Positions 7,168 through 11,026 of a stretch of 11,026 nucleotides of DNA are shown piece after piece. How positions within the stretch are numbered: the first letter of the stretch is position 1; each line of letters starts with the position of its first letter. The stretch is from IMG/VR virus record IMGVR_UViG_2690316285_000015; one strand, 5' to 3'. Both the position numbers and the translations under genes were made by a program. The notes under the pieces are model-generated. The model made no database searches and was not told where the DNA came from. It saw only the letters and a list, made by a program, of their open reading frames with translations. Origin of the DNA: a virus. Lineage: Duplodnaviria; Heunggongvirae; Uroviricota; Caudoviricetes.

Positions 7168-7719
7168 ATGAACATTGATAATTGGGCAATACCGATAACA
7201 AGTTTGGGTGGTCAGTTGCTGGGGGTTGAGTTGGTCAGCCATGTAGAACGCGAGGGAATCAGGCAGATCGGCCTATGGGAAGAAGAAGTACTTCATGGGC
7301 AACTAATGCTTATTGAAAGCAAGGCGGCATGGTTCAGGGATAACGGTTTGTATTGTGTGATTACTACTGGCCGTGGTGAACCATACGAGTACTTACCATT
7401 CCTTCGGCAGATGACAAGGGATATGAAAGTACATAACCAGCAGTGGCTTGATGATCTCGGTGTACATGGTGGTTCTGCTATTCCTCTGGTTACAGGTGAT
7501 TTCGAGGTTGCCCGATTAAATAGAAGGTACACAGAAGAGAACATTGACCGTCTGATCTTTCCAGTACTCATAAAAAGCATTCGCCAGTACTGCGAGAAGG
7601 TGATCGTACCCGTCAGAGATAAAACGTATTACCCAATTCTCAGAGAGGCCGGTGTATGGGCGGTACAGGGAGAGTTCAGGCCAATGCGTTTTGAGCAATG
7701 TGAAAAATTAATAGGATAA
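7168..7719 (+). CDS. Degenerate EAL-like domain protein (YdiV/RflP-like; catalytic motifs not conserved)
   Basis: AIPITSLGGQLLGVELVSHV parallels the start of EAL domains (QPIV...G.EAL.R) with ELV in place of EAL; WLDDLGVHGGSA parallels the DDFGTG(Y)S motif in degenerate form; C-terminal AVQGEF parallels the (V/L)QG(Y/F) motif. At 183 aa it is shorter than catalytic EAL domains. Confidence 0.55.
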   Translation: MNIDNWAIPITSLGGQLLGVELVSHVEREGIRQIGLWEEEVLHGQLMLIESKAAWFRDNGLYCVITTGRGEPYEYLPFLRQMTRDMKVHNQQWLDDLGVHGGSAIPLVTGDFEVARLNRRYTEENIDRLIFPVLIKSIRQYCEKVIVPVRDKTYYPILREAGVWAVQGEFRPMRFEQCEKLIG

Positions 7720-7724
7720 CAATA

Positions 7725-8087
7725 ATGAAAAAATTACTAATTGGGTTACTGATTGCCCTTAGTACTGGATGTACTACTACGCACAGCTTCATGGATAAAG
7801 CTTACGTTGGCTATGTAGATGACAAGGCCGTAGTACTGTTTGATGCAGGAACACGTAATGGGGTGAAGTACTACCGTCCTCAGTTCCAGAGTGATTGCGG
7901 TCGCATCTATAACAAGATCTATCATGATGACAATACAAGTACTGGATGCCTCATACGAGATTCCCGCATTGCTGAACTACATCCCTATAGAGAGCATGTA
8001 AGTAAGGTAGTACCACATCAGACCGATAGTGTTCACGATTGGTTAGAAGGGGTCAATTCACCATCCCATATCCTCGACAATCTATAG
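7725..8087 (+). CDS. Putative lipoprotein (120 aa)
   Basis: Signal peptide MKKLLIGLLIALSTGC with Cys16 followed by TTTHS (lipobox-like, not canonical); starts 5 nt after the EAL-like gene stop with AGGAT upstream; stop TAG. Confidence 0.6.
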   Translation: MKKLLIGLLIALSTGCTTTHSFMDKAYVGYVDDKAVVLFDAGTRNGVKYYRPQFQSDCGRIYNKIYHDDNTSTGCLIRDSRIAELHPYREHVSKVVPHQTDSVHDWLEGVNSPSHILDNL

Positions 8088-8094
8088 GGTACGT

Positions 8095-8364
8095 ATGGGA
8101 AAGGTAATGGTGATTTTGTTAGTACTGGCTGGGGTACTCTTCAACATTGCAGGTGAGGATGCACCCCAGCCACAGTACACGGACAATGAGAACCAGAACG
8201 CTATGGATTTCGCACAGTCACTAATCAAGGGTAAGTACCCATGCGATATGGTGACTATGGATAGTACTGAGAATGGTACAGGACGTATTGATGTACGGTG
8301 TGATGGTAAGTACCAGTATGAGATCATCCGGCATGATGGACAATGGCAGGTAGTATCGAAGTAA
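8095..8364 (+). CDS. Small secreted or periplasmic protein (89 aa) with N-terminal signal peptide
   Basis: MGKVMVILLVLAGVLFNIAG followed by a polar mature region with two Cys; starts 7 nt after the upstream stop. Confidence 0.55.
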   Translation: MGKVMVILLVLAGVLFNIAGEDAPQPQYTDNENQNAMDFAQSLIKGKYPCDMVTMDSTENGTGRIDVRCDGKYQYEIIRHDGQWQVVSK

Positions 8365-8469
8365 TCCGAAAAGTTTAGTGCTTAGGCTGTATGGTGAGAA
8401 TCTACAGGGCTTTTTCTTTATGCGGTGATAAGATCGGAGTGAACTTTTTATGAAGGAATAGTTAGTAGA

Positions 8470-8910
8470 ATGAAAATTACAGTCGATAATATCTCTGAAA
8501 TGTTTGCAGGAACTAAAGAACTACTAATCGGTGGCTTAATAACAGGTATCGTCGGAGTACTTATTTTAACTCGTGTTAGTGGTTATGAATACGTTAAAGT
8601 ACCTTTAATGTTAGTAATGATATTCTTACTAACTGTAGTTCCTGGTTTTATTGCTATGCTTTTTTCACCACTAACGAAAGTATTTGCAAAGATATTTGAT
8701 ATTAAAAGCAGTAATATACTTTGCCGCATTTTCTCATTTCTATATTTCATCTTGTATATGGCTATTACTTTCTTGGTGACTAATTTTATATTCACTACCG
8801 CAATGTCATTACACGGCGGGGATGGTGGGTTGAGAGCATGTTTTGCAATTGGCTGTTTTGTCGTTGCAGTTGAGCAGACAAGAAAATTCTATAGTTTGCT
8901 TATCAAGTAA
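8470..8910 (+). CDS. Integral membrane protein (146 aa, about 4 TM helices)
   Basis: Four hydrophobic segments (e.g. LLIGGLITGIVGVLILTRV, LMLVMIFLLTVVPGFIAMLF, IFSFLYFILYMAITFLVTNFIF, LRACFAIGCFVVAV); AAGGAA upstream. Confidence 0.55.
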   Translation: MKITVDNISEMFAGTKELLIGGLITGIVGVLILTRVSGYEYVKVPLMLVMIFLLTVVPGFIAMLFSPLTKVFAKIFDIKSSNILCRIFSFLYFILYMAITFLVTNFIFTTAMSLHGGDGGLRACFAIGCFVVAVEQTRKFYSLLIK

Positions 8911-8932
8911 AGGGCAAGTACTAAAGAAATGT

Positions 8933-8967
8933 GTATTTGATGAAGGGTAAGTACTTTCATCAAATAC
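8933..8967 (+). terminator. 12-bp stem hairpin 22 nt after the membrane protein gene stop (possible terminator or processing site; no U-tract)
   Basis: GTATTTGATGAA (8933-8944) / TTCATCAAATAC (8956-8967) with 11-nt loop GGGTAAGTACT that contains AGTACT and GGTAAGTAC. Confidence 0.3.
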
Positions 8968-9249
8968 GCAACAAATTACAAGGTGAGCATTTCATCACAA
9001 TTGTTTTAATTAACGATATTTTAAATTATTTTACGTAATTGAAACAAAATCAGCCATATCGCTTGTTAATTGGTATTGAGACTTTGTAGGTGTTATCATG
9101 CAATTAAATCATTTGCATTGGTATCTCTTATGGAAAAATTGATATTGCTATTATTATTACCTTTAACAACAAGTGCAGCTATTCCAGACTTTAAATGCTG
9201 GGATATTCATAACGATTCATTTAGTACTGACATGAGTTTCTACGTTACA

Positions 9250-9475
9250 AGATATCTCGAACCGTAATTATATCCATCATCAAATGCTTCATTGGTTATT
9301 ACCAGTTCCCTGTAAAATTTCTNNNNNNNNNNNNNNNNNNNAGATATCTCGGTAAAATGCCGCCGCCTTATGGTGCATTTCATTATGAAACAGCACCTGA
9401 TGAGAAATTTTACAGGGAACTGGTAATAACCAATGAAGCATTTGATGATGGATATAATTACGGTTCGAGATATCT
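9250..9475. repeat. 73-bp perfect inverted repeat flanking an assembly gap
   Basis: Left arm 9250-9322 is the exact reverse complement of right arm 9403-9475; between them lie the N run and 61 bp of unique sequence (9342-9402). The palindromic octamer AGATATCT occurs at 9250, 9342 and 9468. Confidence 0.7.
9323..9341. other. Assembly gap (19 N)
   Basis: Run of n characters; true length and content unknown. Confidence 0.95.
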
Positions 9476-9669
9476 AAACAAAGAAGGAACTTTGTACGAT
9501 GATATTAAATGTAAGCGGCTTTGATACTCATGATTCATTGTATATAGCTTACAAAGTATATTAACCATTGCATTCAATGGGTCCCTCCATACTGGCGGTA
9601 CTATCGAGGGTTTTCGGCAGCGGGTTTAATCAATTGTGTGTGAACAAAATGATCATACCCGCACCGCAT

Positions 9670-10998
<1,329 letters not shown>

Positions 10999-11026
10999 AG
11001 TGGTCAACAAAAACTGGCCACCGAGT

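Noticed and set aside
7293-7698. Minus-strand ORFs 7293..7580 and 7516..7698
   Set aside because: Antisense within the EAL-like gene; no RBS.
8082-8795. Minus-strand ORFs 8082..8327 and 8583..8795
   Set aside because: Antisense to the secreted-protein and membrane-protein genes; no RBS.
9070-9267. 65-aa plus-strand ORF with TTG start and hydrophobic segment
   Set aside because: Non-ATG start without RBS, and its 3' end runs into the left arm of the 73-bp inverted repeat; cannot be supported as a gene. An internal ATG at 9131 would give a 45-aa signal-peptide-like product, which remains possible but is unsupported.
9356-9523. 55-aa plus-strand ORF between the assembly gap and the right repeat arm
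   Set aside because: Largely encoded by the inverted-repeat arm and adjacent to the N gap; sequence context unreliable.

Overview
AT-rich window that reads as phage or prophage accessory DNA with standard genetic code. Left edge: C-terminal zinc-ribbon/coiled-coil portion of a large serine recombinase whose upstream reading frame is broken. Right edge: a lambda Nu1-like small terminase gene followed by the start of a gpA-like large terminase gene that ends prematurely at an in-frame TGA. Between them lie about 9 kb of short genes on both strands: a freestanding HNH-AP2 homing endonuclease, a McrA-like HNH nuclease followed by a membrane-anchored protein, a minus-strand two-gene unit with a long perfect stem-loop, a degenerate EAL-like (YdiV-type) protein followed by a lipoprotein, a secreted protein and a 4-TM membrane protein, and a PD-(D/E)xK-like nuclease candidate divergent from the terminase. 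Sequence-level oddities: the palindromic hexamer AGTACT occurs about 30 times (roughly 8-9 fold over a base-composition expectation) in all coding frames and in non-coding DNA; the 9-mer GGTAAGTAC occurs 5 times; a 73-bp perfect inverted repeat flanks a 19-N assembly gap; several intergenic repeat arrays exist (TTACGGCAT, GATC-containing AATGATCAAT, CACTATAG). No rRNA, tRNA or CRISPR array was recognised. All protein family calls come from reading motifs by eye and recalled family features; no search was run.
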